From assembly GCA_039794085.1 (NCBI GenBank), contig JBDIWC010000044.1, positions 1-30,594 on the forward strand: a stretch of DNA of 30,594 nt, read 5' to 3'. Both the position numbers and the translations under genes were made by a program. The notes below the pieces were generated by a model, which saw only the letters and a list, made by a program, of their open reading frames with translations, searched no databases and was not told the DNA's origin. Shown in pieces: positions 1-8,562 of this stretch. This DNA is from Gemmatimonadales bacterium. GTDB lineage: Bacteria; Gemmatimonadota; Gemmatimonadetes; Gemmatimonadales; GWC2-71-9. Numbering within the stretch: position 1 is the first letter of the stretch; each line of letters opens with the position of its first letter.

Positions 1-2
1 AC

Positions 3-41
3 GAAGGCCAGGTGTCGGGCCGCATCTGGTCTTGGGAGTAG
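3..41 (+). CDS. possible 3' end of a CDS entering from the left edge (EGQVSGRIWSWE*)
   Basis: Open frame from position 3 to TAG at 39-41; too short to identify. Confidence 0.25.
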   Translation, partial: EGQVSGRIWSWE

Positions 42-123
42 GAACCCCGCAGACCGCGAGCATACCCGGGCAGTATCTGTGGCTCCGAGTGTGTAAGCCT
101 CTTTGGTTCCGGCTCTGCCGGCC

Positions 124-165
124 TAGGGAATGGGGAGTAGGGAATGGGGAGTCAGGAGTGGGGGA
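124..165 (+). repeat. 7-nt periodic G-rich tandem repeat, 6 units
   Basis: TAGGGAA TGGGGAG TAGGGAA TGGGGAG TCAGGAG TGGGGGA. Confidence 0.8.
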
Positions 166-190
166 GAGGCGGCACGGACGGGCTTGGAAC

Positions 191-298
191 GTCACCCCGG
201 CGAACGCCGGGGTCCATCTTCCTGGATGTCCGGATGGCACTGGATTCCGTCGTGTGACGGACCGGGGCCCTGTCCTGATAACCTCGGTACGGGATGAC
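191..298. repeat. REP-like palindromic pair (GTCA...TGAC type)
   Basis: GTCACCCCGGCGAACGCCGGGGTCCA (191-216), partner TGGATTCCGTCGTGTGACGGA (241-261), closing CGGGATGAC (290-298). Confidence 0.65.
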
Positions 299-328
299 GC
301 CACATCAGTAGGGGCACCCAGCCATTTA

Positions 329-363
329 CACCCTACACCCCACACCCTACTCCCTACTCCCTA
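329..363 (-). repeat. 7-nt periodic repeat, 5 units, inverted relative to 124-165; contains the PP2C stop codon
   Basis: CACCCTA CACCCCA CACCCTA CTCCCTA CTCCCTA. Confidence 0.8.
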
Positions 364-1120
364 CCGTAGGGTGCTCTCCGGTCGGGCTCCCCGCGTCGTC
401 GATCCGCACGATCACCACCGTGATGTTGTCGAGTCCTCCCCGGTGGTTGGCTTCGGCAATCAGCCGGTCCACCCAGACATCGGGACCGCCCTCCCCGCGG
501 AGGACCTGGACCAGGTGGTCATCCTCCAGCATGCCGGTCAGCCCATCGGAGGCGAGGAGAATGATGTCGCCGGTCTGGAGGGAACCGAAGTAGATGTCGG
601 GAACCACATCCTCGTTCGACCCGACACACCGGGTGATGACGTTGCTGTAGGGGTGTGTCCGCGCCTGTTCGGGCGTGAGGAGCCCGGCGTCGACCTGTTC
701 CTGCACATAGCTGTGATCGCGGGTGATCTGGTGCAGGTGATCTCCCCGGAGGAGATAGGCCCGGGAATCCCCGACCTGGCCGATGAGATACCGCTTGGCG
801 AAGAGCACCATGACCGTGGCGGTGGTTCCCATCCCCCGCTTGTCCTGCTCGGTGAGGGTGCGCTCGTAGATGGCTCGGTTGGCTTCGCGGATGGATTCGT
901 AGACCAGGTCGGCCGGATCGCGATCGTGAGTGCCCCGGATCGGCTTCAGGGATCCGGTGATGATCTCCACCGCCATCTCGCTGGCCACCTCGCCCGCCGC
1001 GTGTCCCCCCATCCCATCCGCCACCACAAAGAACCCCAGGTCCGACAGCATCGAATAGCTGTCCTCATTGCCCGAACGCACGACACCGACATCGGTCCGG
1101 GCAGCGCAGGTGAAGCGCAT
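347..1120 (-). CDS. PP2C-family (Stp1/PrpC-like) Ser/Thr protein phosphatase
   Basis: Motifs TDVGVVRSGNED, VADGMGGHAAGEVAS, GMGTT, VGDSRAY, TRDHS, LLASDGL, GGLDNIT. ATG at 1120 overlaps the upstream stop (TGATG). Confidence 0.95.
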   Translation of the reverse strand: MRFTCAARTDVGVVRSGNEDSYSMLSDLGFFVVADGMGGHAAGEVASEMAVEIITGSLKPIRGTHDRDPADLVYESIREANRAIYERTLTEQDKRGMGTTATVMVLFAKRYLIGQVGDSRAYLLRGDHLHQITRDHSYVQEQVDAGLLTPEQARTHPYSNVITRCVGSNEDVVPDIYFGSLQTGDIILLASDGLTGMLEDDHLVQVLRGEGGPDVWVDRLIAEANHRGGLDNITVVIVRIDDAGSPTGEHPTVGSRE

Positions 1121-1617
1121 CAGCGGCCCAGCAGCATGTACAGGACCACCCCCAGGAGCACGACCGCCAGGACCCCCCACACAACCTTTCTGCTTCCGGA
1201 ACGGGGGGGCCCGGCCATGGACCCTCGAGGGGACTCCCCCGCCTCACGGAGCGACCCCCGCGGCGGGGTCGGGGGGCGGAACGAGGGAACCCCCGCCAGG
1301 GTGTCGGCAAGCTGCTGCGCCGCGCCGGGGGGAAGAGTGGCCCTGTCCTTGACCGTCAACGTCTCGGGGCCGATGCTGATCCGGTCTCCTTCCGCCAGGG
1401 CATGCCCCCCGGGACCCACCGGAGTACCGTTCACCGCGATGGTGGCCTCCGGCACGGAGGGCACGATCACCACACCGGCCGGCTCCACCCGGATCCGTGC
1501 ATGGTCGGGAAGCACGCCGGTCCCCGGGAGCCGGACCCAGGCTCCCTCGCCCGAGCCGAGACTTCCTCCATCCGGTGGCACCGGATGGCTCACGCCCCCA
1601 TGTAGAAGTTCAGTCAC
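1120..1617 (-). CDS. FHA-like domain protein with a C-terminal transmembrane helix
   Basis: LGSG..W.RL....V...HARI...VNG.......L.EGD.I.IG pattern; Pro-rich linker; hydrophobic tail VVWGVLAVVLLGVVLYMLL. GTG start chosen after GAAAGGA. Confidence 0.75.
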   Translation of the reverse strand: MTELLHGGVSHPVPPDGGSLGSGEGAWVRLPGTGVLPDHARIRVEPAGVVIVPSVPEATIAVNGTPVGPGGHALAEGDRISIGPETLTVKDRATLPPGAAQQLADTLAGVPSFRPPTPPRGSLREAGESPRGSMAGPPRSGSRKVVWGVLAVVLLGVVLYMLLGR

Positions 1618-1688
1618 GACCGTGCATTCCTTTCGGGAAGGATCCAAACGTACCCGCGACCCGGGCCTCCGGCAACCGGATTCCCCGG

Positions 1689-2771
1689 TTACACCACCTC
1701 GGCCCCGGTCGGAACCGGGGAAGGGTCAATGCCCTTCAGACCCTCCCGAACCCAGGCGGAGAATACGAAGAAACCGAACGCGATGGTGTAGTAGCTCAGG
1801 ACCAGCCGCCAGAGAATCGTATAGAGCGGCACCAGACCCAGGGGAACATAGGTGGACATCACGGCTGCGGACAGCACCTCGGCAATCCCGGAGGCCCCCG
1901 GGGTCGGGGCAAAATAGAGCAGAAACGTGATCATCGTCTGCAGGAGCAACACGTCGACGAAGTGCGCCTGCACTCCGATCGCCCGGAGTGCCACGTACCC
2001 CGAGAGCAGCTTGTTGGCGTGGGAGGGCCCACTGACGATCGTGGCCAAGGCCAAGGCGAGCCACCCGCGCGCCGTCCGAAACATCTTGACGGCCTCATGG
2101 GCCTGGGTGAGACCCGCCTGCAGACTCCCGAGCCGGGCCGCCACCCGCCTGCTCCGCCGACCCACGAGGCCCGCCAGCCATTGGATGACCGAGGTGGCGA
2201 CCCGGGGAAAGACCACCACCACCACGAGGAGCACCCCCAGTCCCGCGAAGACCGTCAGGCTCCCCAGGAAGAGGTCATAAAGAGAAAGTCCAAGCACATC
2301 CCCGCGCGTTCCCAGGGATCTCCCGGCTCCGAGGGCGATGGCCAGTGGCCCGGCGATCGCGAAGAAAGCCACCGTGGCCACGAAGCTCATGAAAGTGGCC
2401 GTCAGCGCCTTCGGCAGGGGCACACCGTACTTGGCCATCGCAAACATGGTCAGGGGAGCCGCCCCCGATTGGAGGGGCGTCACATATGCTCCCCAGGCCC
2501 CCATCCCTCCCGAGAGAATCATCCCGGTCGGAGACGGATCGGGATGGATGTGGCGAACCAGGATCCAGTTCCGGAGCCCGCCACCCAGCCAGTCCATCGA
2601 GGCCAGACCGAGCCCGACCAGGAGCCAGACCCAGCGGATTTCTCCGAGGGATCCGAGAAAGGTGCGAAAGCTGCCGGTGTAGAAGAGGATGCCCAGGAAG
2701 GCCGCGAGGGAGGCGAGCAGGAAGAGCTCGAAGCCCCTCCGAAGGACCTTGGGGGTCAGAAGTTTCGCCAT
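1689..2771 (-). CDS. lysylphosphatidylglycerol synthase TM-domain (MprF/UPF0104 flippase-like) membrane protein
   Basis: Multiple TM helices; TP.QSGA.P, PTPGASGIAE and LWRLVLSYY motifs. Confidence 0.85.
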   Translation of the reverse strand: MAKLLTPKVLRRGFELFLLASLAAFLGILFYTGSFRTFLGSLGEIRWVWLLVGLGLASMDWLGGGLRNWILVRHIHPDPSPTGMILSGGMGAWGAYVTPLQSGAAPLTMFAMAKYGVPLPKALTATFMSFVATVAFFAIAGPLAIALGAGRSLGTRGDVLGLSLYDLFLGSLTVFAGLGVLLVVVVVFPRVATSVIQWLAGLVGRRSRRVAARLGSLQAGLTQAHEAVKMFRTARGWLALALATIVSGPSHANKLLSGYVALRAIGVQAHFVDVLLLQTMITFLLYFAPTPGASGIAEVLSAAVMSTYVPLGLVPLYTILWRLVLSYYTIAFGFFVFSAWVREGLKGIDPSPVPTGAEVV

Positions 2772-2854
2772 GGAACGGAAAACGTACCGGAACGGTTGCT
2801 GATTCGTCAACGGTGCGCATTGAGCCTGCCACCCGATGCCGGGTATCTTTCGGG

Positions 2855-5656
2855 GTGGCCAGGACCTCACTCCGCATCGTCAACGCCCGGCAGCACAACC
2901 TGAAGAGCGTCTCCGTCGAGCTGCCGCACCGAAGCTGCATCGTGGTGACGGGGCCCTCGGGTTCGGGCAAGAGCTCGCTCGCCTTCGACACGCTCTACGC
3001 CGAGGGCCAGAGGCGCTACATCGAATCCCTGTCCACCTATGCCAAACAATTCCTCGAGCGGATGCCCAAGCCCGACGTGGACCGGATCGAGGGGCTGGCC
3101 CCCGCCGTGGCCATCGAGCAGCGCGCTCCCACCACCTCGAGCCGGTCCACGGTGGGAACGGCGACCGAGCTTTGGGACTTCCTCCGAGTGCTCTGGGCCC
3201 GGATCGGCCATCCCTTCTGCCGGACCTGCGGAGCCCCGGTCCGCCGCGATACTCCCGCCGAGGCGGCCGTGCACATCCAGGGCACGATCACCGGACGGTT
3301 TCAGGTCGGCTTTCCGCTGCCGGTCTCTGTCACCGGCCCTCCCCAGGCCGTGGCCGCCCAGCTCCGCTCCCTGGGATTCCTCCGCCTCCTGATCGATGGA
3401 CATCCCTGCGCCCTCGATCCCCTCCCCCAGGACCTGTCCTGGTCCGATCCCGCCACCGTGATTGTGGTGGTGGACCGGATGAGCCCCTCGACCCCGGTGG
3501 CTCGCATCACCGAGGCGATCGCCACGGCGTTCACCGAGGGAGAAGGGGTGGCCGTCGCGGTGGACGAGGCGGGCGCGCAGCTCCGGTTCACCGAGCACGA
3601 CGCCTGCAGCGCCTGTGACACCCGCGCTCCCGTCCGCACCCCGGCTCTCTTCTCCTTCAATCATCCCCGGGGGGCCTGCCCGGGGTGCAGCGGATTCGGG
3701 GCCGTCCTGGAATACGATGAGGCGCTGATCGTCCCCGACCCCGCCCGAAGCCTGCAGGAAGGCGCGATCGACCCGTGGACCAAGCCCCGCTATGAGGCCC
3801 GCCGCCAGCTTCTGCTCCGCACGGCCCACGCCCTGGGCGCGGATGGGCGCGCCCCCTGGGAATCGCTCCCGGCTCCCCTGCGACGGGAACTGCTCCACGG
3901 CCGGAAAGGGAAGTATGTCGGCATCTTCCCCTTCCTGCGCGATCTCGAGGCCAAGCGGTACAAGCAGTACATCCGGGTCTTTCTGCGACAGTACCAGATG
4001 GCCCATCGCTGCCCCGTGTGCGACGGGTCCCGGCTCAACGCCGACGCCCTCTCCGTGCGCGTGGAAGGCCGCTCCATTGCGGACATCGCCACCCTCTCGG
4101 TGGAGTCGCTGGAGACGTGGCTGCAGGCGCTCGCCCTGCCCCCCGGGGACATGGCGGTGGCCCGGGTCATCCTCGAGGAGGTCCGACAGCGCACCCGTTT
4201 CCTCACGGATGTGGGCCTCGGATACCTGACCCTCGACCGGCAGACCCGCACCCTCTCCGGCGGAGAGGCTCAGCGCATCGCCCTGAGCAACGCCCTTGGT
4301 GCCCGGCTCATGGACACCCTGTACGTCCTCGATGAGCCCTCCATCGGCCTGCATCCCCGGGACACCGACCGGCTCCTGGCCCTGCTCCGCCGCCTGCGCG
4401 ACGCGGGGAACACCGTGGTCGTGGTGGAGCACGACCTGGCCGCGATCACCCAGGCCGATTTCATGGTCGAGCTCGGCCCCGGCGCCGGAGAACAGGGCGG
4501 AGAGATCGTCCACGCCGGTCCGGTCGGCGAGGCCCGCGACACCCTCACCGGACTCTACCTCACCGGGCGCCGCCGCATCGGGGTGCCGAGCGCCCGCCGT
4601 CCCGCCGGACCGCGATGGCTCCGGATCCGGGGCGCCCGGCTTCACAACCTCCGCGGCGTCGACGCCGACATTCCGCTCGGCACCCTGACCGCCGTCACCG
4701 GAGTGTCCGGGTGCGGCAAGAGCACCCTGGTGCATGACATTCTCTACCGCCAGCTGCAACTGGCCCTGGGGGGAGCCCACTCCGCCAAGGCGCACCTGGG
4801 AGAACGGGTCGGGTCGGTCGATCGCCTGGAGGGAGTCGAGCAGTTGGAGGACGTGCTCCTCATCGACCAGTCCCCCATCGGACGGTCGCCCCGTTCGAAT
4901 CCGATCACCTTCGTGAAGGGCTTCGACGACATCCGGGCCCTCTTCGCCAGCCAACCGCTGAGTCAGAGCCGGAAATACACACCGAGCACCTTTTCCTTCA
5001 ACCTGCCGGGAGGACGGTGCCCCGTGTGCGACGGCGCGGGGCACGTGCAGATCGAGATGGTGTTCCTGGCCGATGTGTTCGTGCCCTGCGACGCCTGCCG
5101 CGGCACCCGGTTTCGCCCGGAGGTGCTCGAGGTCCGGATCAACCGGCAGTCGATTCACGATGTGCTGCAATGGACGGTGGACGAAGCCATCAGCCGGTTC
5201 CGGCATCAACCGAAGCTCGGCACCGCGCTCTGGCACCTCCAGCAGGTGGGTCTGGGCTACCTGCGGCTGGGCCAGCCCGCCACCACGCTCTCGGGAGGGG
5301 AGGCCCAGCGGCTCAAGATTGCCCGGGAACTCGCGCTCGCCGGAAAACGGGGGGGCCGCAAACTGTATCTTCTCGATGAACCGACCACCGGTCTCCATCA
5401 GGAGGATGTGAGGGTGCTCCTCCAGGTGTTCGACCGGCTGGTGAATGCCGGGCACACCGTGGTGGTGATCGAGCACCACCTCGACGTGATCAAACGAGCC
5501 GACTGGGTCATCGATCTCGGGCCCGAAGCAGGAGACCGGGGCGGAGAGGTGGTGGTCCAGGGAAGGCCGGAGGATATTGTCCGGGAGACGCGTTCCCATA
5601 CCGGACGATGGCTCGCGCCGCTGCTGGCCGCGGGACTGGAAACGGTTCCGGTCTAG
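2855..5656 (+). CDS. uvrA: excinuclease ABC subunit A (UvrA family)
   Basis: [30 protein letters not shown], two LSGGEAQR signatures, LDEPSIGLH and LDEPTTGLH, CxxC zinc fingers. GTG start inferred. Confidence 0.95.
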   Translation: MARTSLRIVNARQHNLKSVSVELPHRSCIVVTGPSGSGKSSLAFDTLYAEGQRRYIESLSTYAKQFLERMPKPDVDRIEGLAPAVAIEQRAPTTSSRSTVGTATELWDFLRVLWARIGHPFCRTCGAPVRRDTPAEAAVHIQGTITGRFQVGFPLPVSVTGPPQAVAAQLRSLGFLRLLIDGHPCALDPLPQDLSWSDPATVIVVVDRMSPSTPVARITEAIATAFTEGEGVAVAVDEAGAQLRFTEHDACSACDTRAPVRTPALFSFNHPRGACPGCSGFGAVLEYDEALIVPDPARSLQEGAIDPWTKPRYEARRQLLLRTAHALGADGRAPWESLPAPLRRELLHGRKGKYVGIFPFLRDLEAKRYKQYIRVFLRQYQMAHRCPVCDGSRLNADALSVRVEGRSIADIATLSVESLETWLQALALPPGDMAVARVILEEVRQRTRFLTDVGLGYLTLDRQTRTLSGGEAQRIALSNALGARLMDTLYVLDEPSIGLHPRDTDRLLALLRRLRDAGNTVVVVEHDLAAITQADFMVELGPGAGEQGGEIVHAGPVGEARDTLTGLYLTGRRRIGVPSARRPAGPRWLRIRGARLHNLRGVDADIPLGTLTAVTGVSGCGKSTLVHDILYRQLQLALGGAHSAKAHLGERVGSVDRLEGVEQLEDVLLIDQSPIGRSPRSNPITFVKGFDDIRALFASQPLSQSRKYTPSTFSFNLPGGRCPVCDGAGHVQIEMVFLADVFVPCDACRGTRFRPEVLEVRINRQSIHDVLQWTVDEAISRFRHQPKLGTALWHLQQVGLGYLRLGQPATTLSGGEAQRLKIARELALAGKRGGRKLYLLDEPTTGLHQEDVRVLLQVFDRLVNAGHTVVVIEHHLDVIKRADWVIDLGPEAGDRGGEVVVQGRPEDIVRETRSHTGRWLAPLLAAGLETVPV

Positions 5657-5699
5657 AGGCACCTTCGTTTCCTCTTCCCCCTGCCGCGAGCGATCCCTC

Positions 5700-6371
5700 A
5701 TGACGCGCGTCACCCAACCCACCCTGTTCGGCACCCGGGCCAGCCCTCCCCTCGACAGGAACAGGGCCCTCGCCGACCTCACCGCGTCCGACCCGGTTCT
5801 CGGCGAGGTCATCTCCCGGGTGGGACCCTTCCCGCTGCGACCCCCCACCCTGTCCCCCTTTGCCTATCTCCTGGCAGCCATCACCCGGCAGCAACTCTCC
5901 GGCAAGGCCGCGGCCACCATCCATGGACGGGTCCTCGCGCTCTATCCCCGAGGCCGAGTCACCCCGGAACGCCTCGCCGGCACACCCGTGGAGACCCTTC
6001 GAGCCGCCGGACTCTCCGGAGCCAAGACCCGCGCCGTCCACGACCTTGCCGCGCGCGCCCTCGACGGCACCGTCCCCACCCGGGCCCGGCTCCACCGACT
6101 CACCGACGAGGAGGTGATCGAGCACCTCACCACCGTGCGCGGTGTGGGCCGCTGGACCGTGGAAATGCTCCTCATGTTCTACCTCGGCCGCCCCGACGTG
6201 CTTCCCGTGGACGACCTCGGCATCCGCAAGGGATTCGGCGTCGCGTTCGGCATGCCCCGGAAACGCGATGCCTTCGGACTCCCCCACCCCGATGCGATCC
6301 GGAGACGAGCGGAGCGGTGGCGTCCCTGGCGCTCCGTGGCGTGCTGGTATCTGTGGCAGGTGCTGGAGTGA
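5700..6371 (+). CDS. alkA: DNA-3-methyladenine glycosylase II (AlkA, HhH-GPD family)
   Basis: ITRQQLSGKAA, LRAAGLSGAK, HhH motif LTTVRGVGRWTVEM, PVDDLGI, WRPWRSVA.WYLW. Confidence 0.9.
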   Translation: MTRVTQPTLFGTRASPPLDRNRALADLTASDPVLGEVISRVGPFPLRPPTLSPFAYLLAAITRQQLSGKAAATIHGRVLALYPRGRVTPERLAGTPVETLRAAGLSGAKTRAVHDLAARALDGTVPTRARLHRLTDEEVIEHLTTVRGVGRWTVEMLLMFYLGRPDVLPVDDLGIRKGFGVAFGMPRKRDAFGLPHPDAIRRRAERWRPWRSVACWYLWQVLE

Positions 6372-6402
6372 AGTTCGAAGTTCGAAGTGTGAAGTTCGAA
6401 GG
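6368..6402 (+). repeat. 7-nt periodic repeat, 5 units, starting at the alkA stop codon
   Basis: GTGAAGT TCGAAGT TCGAAGT GTGAAGT TCGAAGG. Confidence 0.8.
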
Positions 6403-6425
6403 GGCCGTTCGCGAACGGCCCGTAC
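6402..6425. repeat. perfect 20-bp palindrome, REP-like
   Basis: GGGCCGTTCGCGAACGGCCC followed by GTAC. Confidence 0.7.
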
Positions 6426-6470
6426 GGTGTTCAGTCGGGGCGGCTCATCGCCGCCCGGGGTGCCGACGCC

Positions 6471-6507
6471 GTCATCGCGAGGGCCCGCAGGGGGCCCGTG
6501 GCGATCT
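6471..6507 (+). repeat. REP element of the same family as those at 11758-11791 and 11959-11992, in opposite orientation
   Basis: GTCATCGCGAGGGCCCGCAGGGGGCCCGTGGCGATCT versus the reverse complement GTCATTGCGAGGGCCCGCAGGGCCCGTGGCAATC. Confidence 0.85.
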
Positions 6508-6718
6508 GGTGAACGAAGGCATGAGTTGTTTCTGGGGTGGAAGGGCGCCCAGCCTGCCGATGCCGTGGGCGCGAGATCGAGAACCTGTCGTGCGAGCCGC
6601 ACACCCTCCGTGTCATCTGCGTCATCAGCGGTTCCACCCGGCTGGGGCTCCGACCGCGACTCTTTCCCGTCTCCACGCATCCCCACAGAGCAGACCATAA
6701 CCCGGAGCCCGTACCCTC

Positions 6719-7882
6719 ATGATCCACCATCGAATTGTCCTGGCGACGGCGTTGCTGTCCGTCGGACCGACGCCCCTCGCGGCGCAGCAGCCCCAGCCGA
6801 TCGGCAAGCCCATCGCCGAGTTCCCGGAGCCGTTCAGCGCCATTTCCGGCCTCCGGGAACTCGCGGATGGCCGAGTGGTGGTGGCCGACCGCCGCGACAA
6901 GATCGTCCAGATTCTCGACCTGAAGACCGGAACCGCCAAGGCCGTCTCCCGGGAGGGATCGGGACCCGGTGAGTACGCCCTCCCCTCCGGGGTCCTCCCC
7001 ATGCCGAACGACCAGACCCTGATCGTGGACCTGTTGAATCAACGATTCCTGCTGATCGGCCCCGACGGAAAGCCCAAAGAGACCATCCCGATGCCCTCGC
7101 TCGGCGGTGCGGCAGGCGGCGTGGGCCTGAGTTTCGCCAGTCCCCAGGCGAGCGACGCCCAGGGGCGCCTCTACTTCCAGTCGACCAGCATTCAGAGGCC
7201 AGGCGGACCTCCCGCGGCTGATTCGGTACCGGTGATCCGGTGGACGCCCGGCGGTACCGCGGTCGATACCGCCGCCTGGGTCGTCGGTCCCCGGACCTCC
7301 GCGAGTACCAGCAGTGGGGGCCAACAGCGCATCACGATGAGGGTGCCGATGGTCTTTGCGCCCCAGGAGGCCTGGGGCGTCACCCCGGATGGCCGGGTGG
7401 CCCGCGTGACCCCGGAGCCTTACCGGGCCCTCTGGTATGGCGCAGGAGGGCGGGTGACAGCGGGTCCAGCCGTGCCCTACACTCCCCCGAAGGTCACCGA
7501 AGCGGACAAGAAGGCGTACCGCGAGCAGCAGCGGGCTAATCCACCCACCATGATCATGATGACCCGGGGAGGGAGCTCCGGGAACAACACCACATCCATG
7601 CCCACCGTGTCCCTCCCCGAACCGGAGTTCGCCGAAACCAGGCCCCCCTTCACGGGCACCAGCAGTGTGCTGGTGAGTCCCGAAGGGGAGGTCTGGGTGA
7701 ACCGGAGTCGGCCCGCCGGAGACAACACCCCGGTGTACGACGTGTTCGACTCGGCGGGGCGACTGGTTCGCAAGGTGAGCCTCCCCCCGGACCATGCGGT
7801 GACCGGATTCGGCAAGGGGAGCACCTACGTGATCCGGACCGATGAGGACGGATTGCAGTACCTCCTTCGCTACGCCCGATAG
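6719..7882 (+). CDS. secreted protein, probable 6-bladed beta-propeller
   Basis: Signal peptide ending PLAA|QQ; GSGPGEY motif; repeated D/PDG-R/E-V-W-V blades; C-terminal YDVFD..G.L...V.LP...D.DG.QY. GGAG RBS upstream. Confidence 0.75.
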   Translation: MIHHRIVLATALLSVGPTPLAAQQPQPIGKPIAEFPEPFSAISGLRELADGRVVVADRRDKIVQILDLKTGTAKAVSREGSGPGEYALPSGVLPMPNDQTLIVDLLNQRFLLIGPDGKPKETIPMPSLGGAAGGVGLSFASPQASDAQGRLYFQSTSIQRPGGPPAADSVPVIRWTPGGTAVDTAAWVVGPRTSASTSSGGQQRITMRVPMVFAPQEAWGVTPDGRVARVTPEPYRALWYGAGGRVTAGPAVPYTPPKVTEADKKAYREQQRANPPTMIMMTRGGSSGNNTTSMPTVSLPEPEFAETRPPFTGTSSVLVSPEGEVWVNRSRPAGDNTPVYDVFDSAGRLVRKVSLPPDHAVTGFGKGSTYVIRTDEDGLQYLLRYAR

Positions 7883-7915
7883 CGAGGCGGAGGTTGGCGG
7901 AGGTACACCCTGTGG

Positions 7916-8263
7916 TCAGCGACCGAGAATGATGTCGATTCCGCTGAGGATCTGAGCGAAGGCCCTCGGTCCCAGGCGACCCGCGCGCTCAACCAGAAAG
8001 GACCGGTCGACCGTCACCAGTTGAGACACATTGGCGACCGAGTCCTTCGGCAACCCGGTTGTCCGGGCGGGCAACAGAACGTTGCCCGGTGCGTCGGCCC
8101 AGGTGATATTGCTGGTTAGAGGCACACACACCACGGTGGCAATCCGGCTGCGGTTCAGGTGATTCCCCTGCACGATCACCACCGGGCGCCGAAATCCCGG
8201 ACCCGACCCCGCGGGCTCGGGCAATTCCGCCCACCAGACCTCCGCTTGGGCGATGGCTACCAC
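7916..8263 (-). CDS. mazF: PemK/MazF-family endoribonuclease toxin
   Basis: EVWWAELPEP.GS.PG.RRPVVIVQ, VPLTS, GLPKDSVANVSQL. Confidence 0.92.
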   Translation of the reverse strand: MVAIAQAEVWWAELPEPAGSGPGFRRPVVIVQGNHLNRSRIATVVCVPLTSNITWADAPGNVLLPARTTGLPKDSVANVSQLVTVDRSFLVERAGRLGPRAFAQILSGIDIILGR

Positions 8264-8496
8264 TCCGTGTTCTCCAACACCCGCCGTGCCGCCACGCGGA
8301 GCGCGGGATCGGGGTACGGGTCGCGCACTCGCTCCAGGACACGGTTCATGGCCTCCGTGACCTCGTCCGGGGCGTGGCGGGCCAGGAATTCCGCCAGTGC
8401 CTCCGCGTACAGTTGGCTGCGGGTCTTGCCGGAGCGCGCGGCGTACGTCTCGGCATCACGGAACAGTCCGTCGGGCAGGGAGATGGCTGTTTTCAT
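8257..8496 (-). CDS. ribbon-helix-helix (CopG/ChpI-like) antitoxin
   Basis: MKTAISLPD.LF..AE..A......RSQLY..AL..F; overlaps the toxin start. Confidence 0.88.
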   Translation of the reverse strand: MKTAISLPDGLFRDAETYAARSGKTRSQLYAEALAEFLARHAPDEVTEAMNRVLERVRDPYPDPALRVAARRVLENTEW

Positions 8497-8502
8497 ACCA
8501 CG

Positions 8503-8532
8503 AGTATAACCCGTTTGATTTCCGGGAAGCAA
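8503..8532 (-). promoter_or_regulatory. sigma70-type promoter of the TA operon, probably leaderless
   Basis: TTGCTT-N18-TATACT-N6-ATG, with no SD sequence. Confidence 0.65.
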
Positions 8533-8562
8533 CACGTCCGGATCCCCGGGGCCCGGCCCTTG

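Noticed and set aside
32..1930. 632-aa plus-strand ORF and other long antisense ORFs (2867-5848, 8374-11019, 16151-18448, 23666-24955)
   Set aside because: Shadow frames of well-supported genes on the opposite strand, typical of high-GC genomes.
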